This document shows, piece by piece, positions 21,632 to 31,017 of a DNA stretch of 55,029 nt. Positions within the stretch are counted from its first letter, which is position 1. Every line of letters starts with the position of its first letter. The stretch lies in NCBI GenBank assembly GCA_965371515.1, contig CBDUYR010000016.1:1-55029 (forward strand), written 5' to 3'. The notes beneath the pieces are model-generated. The model had not been told where the DNA came from and did no database searches. It worked only from the letters and a program-made list of their open reading frames with translations. This DNA comes from an uncultured bacterium (GTDB taxonomy: Bacteria; Krumholzibacteriota; Krumholzibacteriia; Krumholzibacteriales; Krumholzibacteriaceae). Position numbers and translations under genes: made by a program.

Positions 21632-22514
21632 CGATCCCATGCTCGAAAGGATGATGGGCGACAGGGCCTCCATCGAGGAAAAGATGGACGAGATACTGCC
21701 CGATGGGAATGAGCGTCCGGCTGCGCTGCACGAGGCGATGAGATATTCTTCACTCGGGGGCGGCAAGAGATTCAGGGGGATACTCTGCCTTCAGGCGCAC
21801 AGGATTTTCGGAGAACCTCATCCAGGAAACTCGCTGGCAGCGGCGGCCGCGATCGAGTTCCTGCACGCCTACACGCTTATCCATGACGATCTTCCCGCTC
21901 TTGATGACGATGATACAAGACGCGGCAGGCCTTCATGCCATGTGCAGTTCGGGGAAGCCACTGCGATTCTCACGGGCGATGCGCTGCAGGCTCTCGCGTT
22001 TGAGACCTTATCGGCATGCAGTGGAGTTGACCCGTCAGATGTGACATTGTCGGTCTGGATGCTGGCATCGGCGGCGGGATCAAGGCTTCTCGTGGGAGGG
22101 CAGTCCGAAGACATACAGGGAGAGGGGCACGATCCCGAACCTGGACTCGTGGAGTTCATACATACGAGGAAGACCGCGGAGCTGATATCGGTCTCCCTGA
22201 AGATCGGAGCGGCGCTCGCCTCTGCCGGAATGGAAGATATAGAACTTATCGGAGACGCGGGTCGCGAGGCGGGACTCGCCTTTCAGATCGTCGACGATCT
22301 GCTCGACCTTGAAGGGAGCGAGGAGCAGGTCGGAAAAGGGTTGCGGAAGGATATCAAAAGAGGGAAAATCACCTGGCCGTCGAGTTACGGTGCAGAGTCT
22401 TCCCGCTTGACCGTGGCCCGACTGATCGAGGGGGCCGTAGAGAAGGCAAGATCTCTCGGCGACGATGGGTATCTCGAATTTCTTTTCCGCCTGGTTGTAG
22501 ATCGGACATCCTGA
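21624..22514 (+). CDS. ispA: Farnesyl/geranylgeranyl diphosphate synthase
   Basis: GGKRFR, LIHDDLPALDDDDTRRG, AFQIVDDLLD. GTG start with GGAGG RBS. Confidence 0.93.
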   Translation: MSSDPMLERMMGDRASIEEKMDEILPDGNERPAALHEAMRYSSLGGGKRFRGILCLQAHRIFGEPHPGNSLAAAAAIEFLHAYTLIHDDLPALDDDDTRRGRPSCHVQFGEATAILTGDALQALAFETLSACSGVDPSDVTLSVWMLASAAGSRLLVGGQSEDIQGEGHDPEPGLVEFIHTRKTAELISVSLKIGAALASAGMEDIELIGDAGREAGLAFQIVDDLLDLEGSEEQVGKGLRKDIKRGKITWPSSYGAESSRLTVARLIEGAVEKARSLGDDGYLEFLFRLVVDRTS

Positions 22515-22515
22515 A

Positions 22516-22953
22516 ATGATGAGGCAGATACTTTACAGGGATATATTCATGCTTCCGATAATGGCCGGTCTTATCTGCCAGTTGCTGAAACTCGTCATAT
22601 ATTCCGTGATTGAAAAAAAGTTTGTTCCCGGCGGGCTTTTCAGGCCCGACGGCATGCCAAACATACACGCAGCAGTTTTCGCATCTCTATCGATAGTCAT
22701 CGGGATAAAGTACGGTTATTCATCCCTGCTCTACTCGGTGGTCGCAACCTACAGCATCGTGATCCTTCACGATACGATGAGGGTCAAGAGAGAGAAGGAG
22801 AAACAGGTCGACGTGCTGAACCGGATTATATCGAGTCTCGACAGAGACGGAAAATTTGAATCGAATCGGATAAAGAGAGTGCTTCATTACAGGCCTCTGG
22901 ACGTACTCGGTGGTATGGTACTTGGCGTAGCGCTCTCTTATTTATTGTTATAG
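22516..22953 (+). CDS. Divergent PAP2 family (DUF212) membrane protein
   Basis: GMPxxH motif, QxxK, and the ispA-dxs context. Confidence 0.8.
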   Translation: MMRQILYRDIFMLPIMAGLICQLLKLVIYSVIEKKFVPGGLFRPDGMPNIHAAVFASLSIVIGIKYGYSSLLYSVVATYSIVILHDTMRVKREKEKQVDVLNRIISSLDRDGKFESNRIKRVLHYRPLDVLGGMVLGVALSYLLL

Positions 22954-22971
22954 TAAAGAGGCAGGTAGAGA

Positions 22972-24885
22972 TTGAGCGGCGGTAAGATACTATCCCGGAT
23001 AGATTCGCCCGGCGACCTGAAAAAACTTCAGGTCGAAGAACTGTCGTCACTAGCCGGGGAGATCAGAAAGTACATCATAGAGGTAATCTCAAAGAGAGGG
23101 GGGCATCTCGCGTCGAGTCTAGGCAGCGTGGAGCTCACCCTCGCTCTGCACTACGTATTCGATTCCCCGCGTGACAGTATCGTCTGGGATGTCGGTCACC
23201 AGAGCTACACGCACAAGATCATCACCGGCAGGCGGGAAGCGTTCGGCGATCTGAGGACGAAGGACGGGATCAGCGGTTTCCCCAGGATCTCCGAGAGCGA
23301 GCACGACATATTCGGAACGGGACACGCCTGCACAGCAATATCCGCGGCACTTGGCCTGGCGGCTGCGAGAGACCTGCGGGGGGACGACAATTTTGTCATA
23401 GGGGTCGTGGGTGACGGCGCGATATCGGGCGGGATGTCCTTCGAGGGAATCAACCATGCCGGACACCTGAAGAAGAACCGGTTCGTAGTCATCCTGAACG
23501 ACAACGAGATGTCGATTTCAAAGAATGTCGGGGCCCTGGCGAAATATCTTACAAAGATAACCACGAAGAATCTCTACATCCAGCTCGAGGCCGATGTGTG
23601 GGAGCTGCTCGGAAAGATTCCGGCTCACGGAAGCACAGCGAGAAAGCTCGCGAGCAGAATAAAGGAGAGCATAAAGAATCTCGTAGTCCCGACGATCCTG
23701 TTCGAAGAACTCGGATTCAGGTACATGGGGCCGTTCGACGGGCACGACATACCCCAGCTGATCGAGACCTTCTCCAGCCTGCACCAGTTGCCCGGTCCTG
23801 TTCTGGTCCACGTCGTGACGATGAAGGGGAAGGGATGCTCCTTCGCCGAGAAAAACGCGGAGAAATATCACGGAGTGGGAAGTTTCTACAAGACCACTGG
23901 AGACTCAAAGAGCAAAAAAGGAAGCAGGAAATACAGCAAGGTCTTCGGCGAGGCACTTGTGCGGATGGCGCGGGAGGACGACAGGATAGTTGCCGTTACT
24001 GCCGCGATGAAAGAGGGGACAGGACTGACCTGCTTCGCCGAGGAGTTTCCCGAAAGGTTCTTCGATGTGGGTATCAGTGAGCAGCACGCGGTCACTTTCG
24101 CGGCAGGCCTGGCTCGAGCCGGGATGAGGCCATTCGTTGCGATATATTCGACCTTTCTGCAGAGAGGTTTCGACCAGGTGATTCACGATGTCGCGTTACA
24201 GAAACTGCCGGTCCGTTTCATACTGGACAGGGCGGGCATCGTCGGAGAAGACGGTCCGACGCATCACGGTACGTTCGACCTGAGCTATATGGGCATGGTT
24301 CCGGACATGATCGTGATGGCGCCGTCCGACGAATGCGAGATGACGAGGATGCTGCTGACGGCGCAGTCGATGGATTCGGGGCCCACGACGATCAGATTTC
24401 CCCGGGGAACCGTCAAGGGTGTCGATATGAGCTCGTGCGACGAGCCTGTCGAGATAGGAAAGGGCAGACTGCTGGCAGAGGGTGAGGATGTGGTCCTGAT
24501 AGCGATCGGTACGATGGCTGGGCCTGTCGTAGAGGCGGCGCGGATACTCGACTCGAAAGGGATCAGCGCTTCAGTCATCGATGCCAGGTTTGCCAAACCA
24601 CTCGATACCGACCTGGTAGAAACGGCCGTAGCTGGAGGAAGGCCCGTATTCGTCATTGAGGAAAACACCGTGGCGGGCGGATTCGGAGATGCAGTGGCGA
24701 GGCATCTGGCAGAAGCCGGAATCTTTTCGCCGGTGAGAAGGATAGGCATAAGAGATCTTTTCGTGCCTCACGGCGTGAGGGAAGAGCTCCTCGACGAACA
24801 GGGGCTGACCGCCGGGAGGATCGCAGAGGCAGTGCTTTTTTCGGCCTCCCGATCAGACAGGGCAATGGACGGAGGATCGAGATGA
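22972..24885 (+). CDS. dxs: 1-deoxy-D-xylulose-5-phosphate synthase
   Basis: GGHLASSLG, WDVGHQ, GDGA, NDNEMSIS, AIYSTFLQR, DGPTHHG. Confidence 0.98.
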   Translation: MSGGKILSRIDSPGDLKKLQVEELSSLAGEIRKYIIEVISKRGGHLASSLGSVELTLALHYVFDSPRDSIVWDVGHQSYTHKIITGRREAFGDLRTKDGISGFPRISESEHDIFGTGHACTAISAALGLAAARDLRGDDNFVIGVVGDGAISGGMSFEGINHAGHLKKNRFVVILNDNEMSISKNVGALAKYLTKITTKNLYIQLEADVWELLGKIPAHGSTARKLASRIKESIKNLVVPTILFEELGFRYMGPFDGHDIPQLIETFSSLHQLPGPVLVHVVTMKGKGCSFAEKNAEKYHGVGSFYKTTGDSKSKKGSRKYSKVFGEALVRMAREDDRIVAVTAAMKEGTGLTCFAEEFPERFFDVGISEQHAVTFAAGLARAGMRPFVAIYSTFLQRGFDQVIHDVALQKLPVRFILDRAGIVGEDGPTHHGTFDLSYMGMVPDMIVMAPSDECEMTRMLLTAQSMDSGPTTIRFPRGTVKGVDMSSCDEPVEIGKGRLLAEGEDVVLIAIGTMAGPVVEAARILDSKGISASVIDARFAKPLDTDLVETAVAGGRPVFVIEENTVAGGFGDAVARHLAEAGIFSPVRRIGIRDLFVPHGVREELLDEQGLTAGRIAEAVLFSASRSDRAMDGGSR

Positions 24886-25736
24886 AGATCACGACCTTTG
24901 GTATCGTATCCAACGCGAAAAAGAAAGAGATCCGGGAAGTAATGTTAAGGGTAATTTCCCTGGTACCCGATGGGGTCAGGGTCGTCGCAATGGAGGATAC
25001 GGCGTGCCTGCTGGAGGGAGGAAGGATAGAGACGGTAGATTCCCTCTCAGGATGCGACGCGGTGGCTTCGCTAGGAGGAGATGGAACCTTCCTCAGGGCG
25101 GCAAGGCTGGTCAAGGACGACGAGGTGCCCGTGCTCGGGATCAAGATCCGGAGCCTCGGATTCCTGACTGAGGACGATCCCGAACGCGCAGTGTCGGATC
25201 TTTTCTCGGGGAAATGCGTGATCCAGGAGCGGATGCGTCTCGAGATCGTCAGGGAGGACGAAGGTAATGGTGACGTTTACACGGCCCTGAACGATATAGT
25301 TATCCACGGAGTCGGCGTCTCGCGGGTACTTCACCTGCGGATGTCGATAGGAGATACACTTCTCGGTGAATATCTCGCCGACGGACTGATCGTCTCTACA
25401 CCTACAGGTTCGACGGCCTACTCGCTCGCGGCAGGGGGACCGATAATCAATCCGGTGACCCTGGAGTCGTTCATCCTGACACCTCTATGTCCCCATTCTC
25501 TTTCGGTCAGGCCCGTAGTAATAAGCAGCGAAGAGACGCTGACCGTACAGCTGGTCGAGGGAGGGGATTCCATGATAACGATCGATGGGCAGGAAGACTG
25601 CGTTATCGGCGAGGGCGACAGGATCAGGGTCAGGAGAAGCGGAAAAGTCACTAAGATAATCGTCACGGATGAATATGATTTCTACGATCTGCTGAGAAGA
25701 AAGCTTAAGTGGGGCGGTGTGCTGAGGAAGAGATGA
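24882..25736 (+). CDS. nadK: NAD kinase
   Basis: GGDGTFL, LND, DGLIVSTPTGSTAYSLAAGGP. Confidence 0.96.
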   Translation: MKITTFGIVSNAKKKEIREVMLRVISLVPDGVRVVAMEDTACLLEGGRIETVDSLSGCDAVASLGGDGTFLRAARLVKDDEVPVLGIKIRSLGFLTEDDPERAVSDLFSGKCVIQERMRLEIVREDEGNGDVYTALNDIVIHGVGVSRVLHLRMSIGDTLLGEYLADGLIVSTPTGSTAYSLAAGGPIINPVTLESFILTPLCPHSLSVRPVVISSEETLTVQLVEGGDSMITIDGQEDCVIGEGDRIRVRRSGKVTKIIVTDEYDFYDLLRRKLKWGGVLRKR

Positions 25737-25751
25737 CGGGAGGAGAGCCGC

Positions 25752-27455
25752 ATGCTCGAGGAATTGAGAATCCGTAACCTCGCGGTGGTCGAAGACGCCG
25801 TGATCGGGTTTACGAACGGGCTGAATGTCCTCTCCGGAGCGACAGGAGCCGGCAAATCGATCATACTAACCGCCGTAGAACTTCTGTCCGGCAGCAGGGC
25901 TAAACGGTCCCTGATCCGTAAGGGCGCTGAGAGCCTCTTCATAGAGGGTATCTTCCAGGTGCCGCTTTATTCCACAGAGATAAGGGAGATATTCGGGATG
26001 GACGAGGGTGACGATCACCTGTCGATTCAAAGGGAGTTCTCCGTCACGGGCCGGAGCAGGATCAGGATAAACAACGTCGTATCGACCGGTGCAAACGCCC
26101 GGGCGGCGACTTCGGCGCTGATAGAGTTGCACGGACAGCACGGACAGCAGGAACTGCTCGATTCAACCAGGCACGTTCGCTTTCTCGACATGACGGGTGG
26201 TTACGATGATCTTCTCGAAGAGTGCCGTGAACTGAGCGCGTTGTTCAGGGGATCGTGGAAGAGACTCAGGGAACTGCGTGTAGAGCAGGAGGAGAACAGA
26301 CAGAAAGAGGAGTTCCTCAGGTTCCAGCTGAGGGAGCTCGAAGGACTGAAGCTGGAGCCGGGTATTGCCGCCGCGCTCGAGAAGCGAATAAACATGCTGG
26401 AAAACATCAGGCGTTACAGGTCTGCCCTGGAAGCTGCCTCCGCAAAGCTGACAGGTGAAGGCGGCGCTATCGACACGGCAATGGAGGCGGAGAAGGAGAT
26501 CGATTCCATCTCCGATCTCGATGAGAGATGGAAGAAGGCGTCCGTGGAGATCGCATCTGCCATTATAATTCTGCAGGAGACGGCGAGGGAGATAGATATG
26601 GGGCGCAGTGACGACGGGGGGGACGGCGAATCGCTCGAACCGCTGCAGGAGAGGCTGGCCGCCATCCAGAGGATGGCGAGGAAATACAGAACAGATACCG
26701 ACGGTCTTGCCGCGGAACGCGACAGGATCAAGAAAGTCCTGAGAGGACTTGACGAGGGCTCGGACATGATAGAGGAAGAGCGTTTGGCGACGGCGAGGGC
26801 GAAAGCTCTTCTGGAGCCGGTACTGGACAGGCTCAGCGAAGAGCGAAGAACAGCAGCGGCAAGACTCGACGCTGATGTTACCGCGGAGCTCGCCGAGCTC
26901 GGTATAAAGGGCGCACTTTTCAGAATTGCAGTGGGAACGCGGGAAATTAGAGCTTTCATGGAAGAAAGCGATGAGCTAGATTTATTCGACGGGGGCAGGG
27001 ACGAAGTGGAGTTCATGATAAGGACGAATGTGGGCGAGGAGCTTCATCCCCTTGCCGATGTCGCTTCGGGAGGTGAGCTGTCGAGGATCACCCTCGTGCT
27101 GAAAAAACTCCTCGTTCGCGAGAGACGCATCCCTACCCTCATCTTCGACGAGATAGACACCGGCCTCGGGGCCGACATGGGAACTGTCATGGCTGAAAAG
27201 CTCTCGGGCCTGTCCGAGAGGTACCAGGTGATATGCATCACGCATCTGCCGCAGGTGGCAGCCGTAGCCGTGCAGCACATAGCGGTGAAAAAGACCGTCA
27301 GCGAGGGAAGGACAAGGACTACCGCCTCTGTCCTGACAGGAGCGCAGAGGACGGAAGAGATAACGAGGATGCTGGGAGGTGGGGGAGAACTCAGAGAGAG
27401 ACTCGCCGAGGAGCTCCTCGATGGAGGGAAAAGCGCCCGTAGCTCAGCTGGATAG
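25752..27455 (+). CDS. recN: DNA repair protein RecN
   Basis: GATGAGKS, HGQH, ASGGELSR, FDEIDTG, THLPQVA. Confidence 0.97.
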   Translation: MLEELRIRNLAVVEDAVIGFTNGLNVLSGATGAGKSIILTAVELLSGSRAKRSLIRKGAESLFIEGIFQVPLYSTEIREIFGMDEGDDHLSIQREFSVTGRSRIRINNVVSTGANARAATSALIELHGQHGQQELLDSTRHVRFLDMTGGYDDLLEECRELSALFRGSWKRLRELRVEQEENRQKEEFLRFQLRELEGLKLEPGIAAALEKRINMLENIRRYRSALEAASAKLTGEGGAIDTAMEAEKEIDSISDLDERWKKASVEIASAIIILQETAREIDMGRSDDGGDGESLEPLQERLAAIQRMARKYRTDTDGLAAERDRIKKVLRGLDEGSDMIEEERLATARAKALLEPVLDRLSEERRTAAARLDADVTAELAELGIKGALFRIAVGTREIRAFMEESDELDLFDGGRDEVEFMIRTNVGEELHPLADVASGGELSRITLVLKKLLVRERRIPTLIFDEIDTGLGADMGTVMAEKLSGLSERYQVICITHLPQVAAVAVQHIAVKKTVSEGRTRTTASVLTGAQRTEEITRMLGGGGELRERLAEELLDGGKSARSSAG

Positions 27456-27506
27456 AGCACCAGCCTCCGGAGCTGGGTGTCGGAGGTTCGAATCCTCTCG
27501 GGCGTG
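27433..27506 (+). tRNA. tRNA-Arg(CCG), overlapping the recN 3' end, CCA not encoded
   Basis: GCGCCCG/CGGGCGT acceptor stem, AGCTCAGCTGGATAGAGC, CT-CCG-GA loop, GGTTCGAATCC. Confidence 0.96.
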
Positions 27507-27512
27507 TTTAAA

Positions 27513-27552
27513 GGCTTCGCCGTTCCGCCATGAAGCGCGGGACGGCGGGGCC
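27513..27552 (+). terminator. GC-rich hairpin after tRNA-Arg (terminator or processing stem)
   Basis: GGCTTCGCCGTTCCGC / GCGGGACGGCGGGGCC. No strong U-tract. Confidence 0.5.
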
Positions 27553-27567
27553 GCTTGAAAGGGAATA

Positions 27568-29250
27568 TTGTTGAACACCCGGATCATATTGCTCTTCGCA
27601 GCCGGGGCGCTCGCACTCCTTCCATTCGTGAAGGATACAGGCGCAGAACCTGCAGGAATCATGGCGGACGCCGATTCTCTCGAGGCCATGGTCAGGTTCC
27701 TCTCAATCGACCCATCCACATCGCAGCCGCGCAGCAGATACGTATTCAGGGAGAGCGAACTAGGTTCTCTGGCAGATTCGCTGGCCGCGATGCTGGAGCG
27801 ATATACCGGTGTTGCCGCCACTCGTCAGAGCTTCGAGATCGAATGGATTTTCGACGATCACGATTCTATATTCACCGGCGAAAACATAATCTGCAGGGTG
27901 GAGGCATCGGGACAGTCTTCCGGGGTATTGCTGGTAACGGCTCATTTCGACGCCATAGCGCACCGCAGCTATTCCGCCTCAGAATGGGACACTGCCTGGG
28001 AATATTCTGCAGCTCCTGGAGCGGACGACAACGCCACGGGAGTGGCTGCAGTGATGGAGGCGGCCAGGCTCCTCTCCGCGCTCGATATGCCTTTCGACCT
28101 CGAGTTCGTCCTCTTCAGCGGCGAGGAGCTCGGGAGGCTTGGAAGCATCTATTACGTGTCACAGTGCGACGTGGACTGTGCCGACCGTCACCTCGGGGTG
28201 ATCAACGCGGACATGATAGGGTACTCGGGCAATGGAACGGGCGCTGCCATCATGAGCGATTTCCGTTCAGGCTGGCTCGCCGACATGATCCTTGAATATG
28301 GCTCTATAACGGATCCTTCCCTCGATGTGAGCCTGATAAAACCCGGTCCGTCGAACTGGGATCATGCGTCGTTCTGGGAGCGGGAAGGTGGAAGACTGCC
28401 CGCCATAACACTTGCCGAGCCGCTCGCAGCGACCGGATCGATCATATATCCTTACTACCACACGGTGGATGATCTCATCGATAAGGTCGATTTCGATCAG
28501 ACGCGAAGAATAGCGTCGCTCATCAACGGATTTATCGCTTCGTTCGTTGGCGCGCCCGCGGAGAACTCGATGCTCGAAGCAGATCTCCTGGTGCTCGTCA
28601 ACGGAGCGATCAGGTATGAAAACGTGTTCCAGGCAGGCGAAGAGATATCGGTGCGGCCGAGGGTAAGGAACACCGGCGGGGCACCGCCGCCGGAAGGGGC
28701 ATCAGTACGTCTCGACGTCTGGCTCGAGAACGCCGGCGGACGCAAACGGATATACTCGGGCGAACTTACTCCGGCTGATCCTTTGAGATTTTCGCATGCC
28801 GACATAGCTCTCGGAACCGGCAGCGGGCTCGGTGGCGAGAATGTCGTCATAGCTGAAATAACTGTTTCGGGTATGGACGACGATCCGTCGGATAACAGGG
28901 CGTCTGTCTTTTTCGTCATGGAGGGGACGGGCACGGCGATCGAGAATCATCATTTCAGCCCGAACCCGGTCAACCGTGCATTTTCGGAGGCGATGTTCTG
29001 CATCAACACCACCGAGGAAGTTAACCTTACACTGCAGATATTTTCAATCGAGGGGGACGTGCTCGGTAACGCCATGCTCGGCGCGGGTTACGGGACTCCT
29101 GTACCCACGGGCCTGAGTTGTCACTCATGCGGAGATCTGTTTCCCGGAATCACGGAGCTTGTCTCGGGTATATATCTGTACAGGATGATTGTTGTAGATG
29201 CGAACGGCCGTTCGGACGATTACCTCGGCCGCTTTGCGGTAGAGAGATGA
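27568..29250 (+). CDS. Secreted M28 family metallopeptidase with CARDB-like and C-terminal FlgD/T9SS-like domain
   Basis: Signal peptide; AHFD, GADDNATG, GEELG, NADMIG, DHASF, YHT motifs; C-terminal FSPNP...SGIYLYRM. Confidence 0.88.
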   Translation: MLNTRIILLFAAGALALLPFVKDTGAEPAGIMADADSLEAMVRFLSIDPSTSQPRSRYVFRESELGSLADSLAAMLERYTGVAATRQSFEIEWIFDDHDSIFTGENIICRVEASGQSSGVLLVTAHFDAIAHRSYSASEWDTAWEYSAAPGADDNATGVAAVMEAARLLSALDMPFDLEFVLFSGEELGRLGSIYYVSQCDVDCADRHLGVINADMIGYSGNGTGAAIMSDFRSGWLADMILEYGSITDPSLDVSLIKPGPSNWDHASFWEREGGRLPAITLAEPLAATGSIIYPYYHTVDDLIDKVDFDQTRRIASLINGFIASFVGAPAENSMLEADLLVLVNGAIRYENVFQAGEEISVRPRVRNTGGAPPPEGASVRLDVWLENAGGRKRIYSGELTPADPLRFSHADIALGTGSGLGGENVVIAEITVSGMDDDPSDNRASVFFVMEGTGTAIENHHFSPNPVNRAFSEAMFCINTTEEVNLTLQIFSIEGDVLGNAMLGAGYGTPVPTGLSCHSCGDLFPGITELVSGIYLYRMIVVDANGRSDDYLGRFAVER

Positions 29251-29281
29251 CCGGGGAGGCATCCGAAAGGAAATCGCGGAC

Positions 29282-29464
29282 ATGATGACCCTGCTGAGAA
29301 CGGTGCTTTTCATCGTGATCGGGTGGTACCTGATCAAATGGCTCGGCCGGTGGATCTCAGGCGGAAACCAGGGGGCCGGGGGCGGAAAGGGCGCGAAGCG
29401 GGACGACAGGTACGAGAGGCTGACAGACCAGAAGATCGATGATGCAGATTACGAGGATCTCTAG
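29282..29464 (+). CDS. Small membrane protein
   Basis: N-terminal TM helix and an acidic tail IDDADYEDL. Confidence 0.7.
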   Translation: MMTLLRTVLFIVIGWYLIKWLGRWISGGNQGAGGGKGAKRDDRYERLTDQKIDDADYEDL

Positions 29465-29467
29465 GAC

Positions 29468-29776
29468 ATGATACTTACTCCCAGGAAACCAGACAGAAGA
29501 CGTTTCAAATCTCGGATCGGGGAGTCGCGCAGGCGTGAGAGGGAGTATTATTACGCAGCTGTGTCGGTTCTTGTGGTGAAAATCCTTCTCCTCGTTTTTC
29601 TTTGCATACTGCTCTATGTGTCACTCCAGCTCTTCCAGGGCATGTTCCCCGACGGTCCTGTGCTGAAGCGTTTCGGCCTCCCTATGCTCATAGTGGGATT
29701 CATGCTCGCACTCATACGTTTTATCATTAATAATATCAAAGAGTTGCGAGATGCATCGAAGAAACGACATGAATAG
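29468..29776 (+). CDS. Hypothetical two-TM membrane protein
   Basis: AGGA RBS, two hydrophobic helices, co-oriented with neighbours. Confidence 0.65.
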   Translation: MILTPRKPDRRRFKSRIGESRRREREYYYAAVSVLVVKILLLVFLCILLYVSLQLFQGMFPDGPVLKRFGLPMLIVGFMLALIRFIINNIKELRDASKKRHE

Positions 29777-29903
29777 GCCGCCAGTGAATGTACCAACCTG
29801 ACCGAACCTTTTTCTTCAGAACGGGTTGTTCGATTCCATCACCCTCATGCGTGGCATATCTCTTGCTGTCTGAAGGCTGTCTTGATGATGTGAAGGGAGA
29901 ATT

Positions 29904-30953
29904 ATGCCCTGCAGGATCGAAGAGAACGATGTCCTTTTCAGCACTTTCAACGAGATCAGCAGCCTGATCAGTCTCGGCAGGGACAACAGGGTCATATTCA
30001 ACAAGATCCTCAATATAGCGCTCGATCTGCTTCCGGCAGAGAAGGTGTACCTGATCTATGTGGACGATCACAGGATCATCAAGTACACGGGAGAGAGACA
30101 GGACAGGGGAAGAAAGATCAGCGTCGAGGACCTGCCGGAATCGAACGGGATCCTGAACTGGCTGAACAGGGAAGTCAGCTTACCTCGAGTGGGCGACAGC
30201 GTCTTTACCATAGATCTGTCAACCCTCGCGGCGGAATGCCTCGACGGTGACGACAGATCTACGATGGTGATCTCTGCCCCGCTGATGGCCAAGAGCTCCC
30301 TTCTCGGTGTGATCATCGCGATCCAGGACCAGGACCGGGAGCAGTTCAGCGAGGACGATATCCATCTGCTGACGATGATGGCCAACCAGGCGGCCATTGC
30401 TTTCGAGAACTACCTGCTCTACCGCAAACTCGAGATGGAATCGATTACGGACGGGCTGACAGGTGTATACAATTACAGATTCCTCATCCGGTCGCTGAGG
30501 GTAGAGATCAAGAGAGCGAAGAGGTTCAACTCGACGTTTTCCTTTCTCATGCTCGATGTGGACAACCTGAAGGAGTACAACGACAGGAACGGACACCTGT
30601 CGGGAAGCAGGGCACTGACAAACATCGCCTCTGTCATCAAGGAAAGCAGCCGGGAGATAGATATCGTGTCGAAATACGGGGGAGACGAGTTCGGGATCCT
30701 TCTTCCGGGCACCTCGGCAGAGGGAGCTGTCCTGTACGGTCAGAGGGTACTCAAGGGTGTAAAGGAATACATGTTCGACGGGGTTGCGCCGGGGCTTCTC
30801 ACCTGCAGCATCGGGATCTCCGTATATCCCGATGACGCTATCAACATCGAGAAGATTATAGACAGGGCGGATACGGCCCTGTACCAGGCCAAATCAGACG
30901 GGAAAAACAGCATCAGGACATATTCCAGCCTAGAATTTGTCGGGAGCGTCTGA
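29904..30953 (+). CDS. GAF-domain diguanylate cyclase
   Basis: GAF domain, TDGLTGVYN, DVDNLK.YND..GH, RxxD I-site (REID), YGGDEF, ADTALY. Confidence 0.95.
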   Translation: MPCRIEENDVLFSTFNEISSLISLGRDNRVIFNKILNIALDLLPAEKVYLIYVDDHRIIKYTGERQDRGRKISVEDLPESNGILNWLNREVSLPRVGDSVFTIDLSTLAAECLDGDDRSTMVISAPLMAKSSLLGVIIAIQDQDREQFSEDDIHLLTMMANQAAIAFENYLLYRKLEMESITDGLTGVYNYRFLIRSLRVEIKRAKRFNSTFSFLMLDVDNLKEYNDRNGHLSGSRALTNIASVIKESSREIDIVSKYGGDEFGILLPGTSAEGAVLYGQRVLKGVKEYMFDGVAPGLLTCSIGISVYPDDAINIEKIIDRADTALYQAKSDGKNSIRTYSSLEFVGSV

Positions 30954-30976
30954 AACCTTTGACGCCAGGGGACAAT

Positions 30977-30985
30977 TGTTATAAT
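30977..30985 (+). promoter_or_regulatory. Extended -10 promoter (TGtTATAAT) of the polysaccharide operon
   Basis: TGN-TATAAT, with TTGACG at 30959-30964. Confidence 0.55.
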
Positions 30986-31017
30986 CTATACCCCGAAATC
31001 CTGAAAGGAGAACGAAT

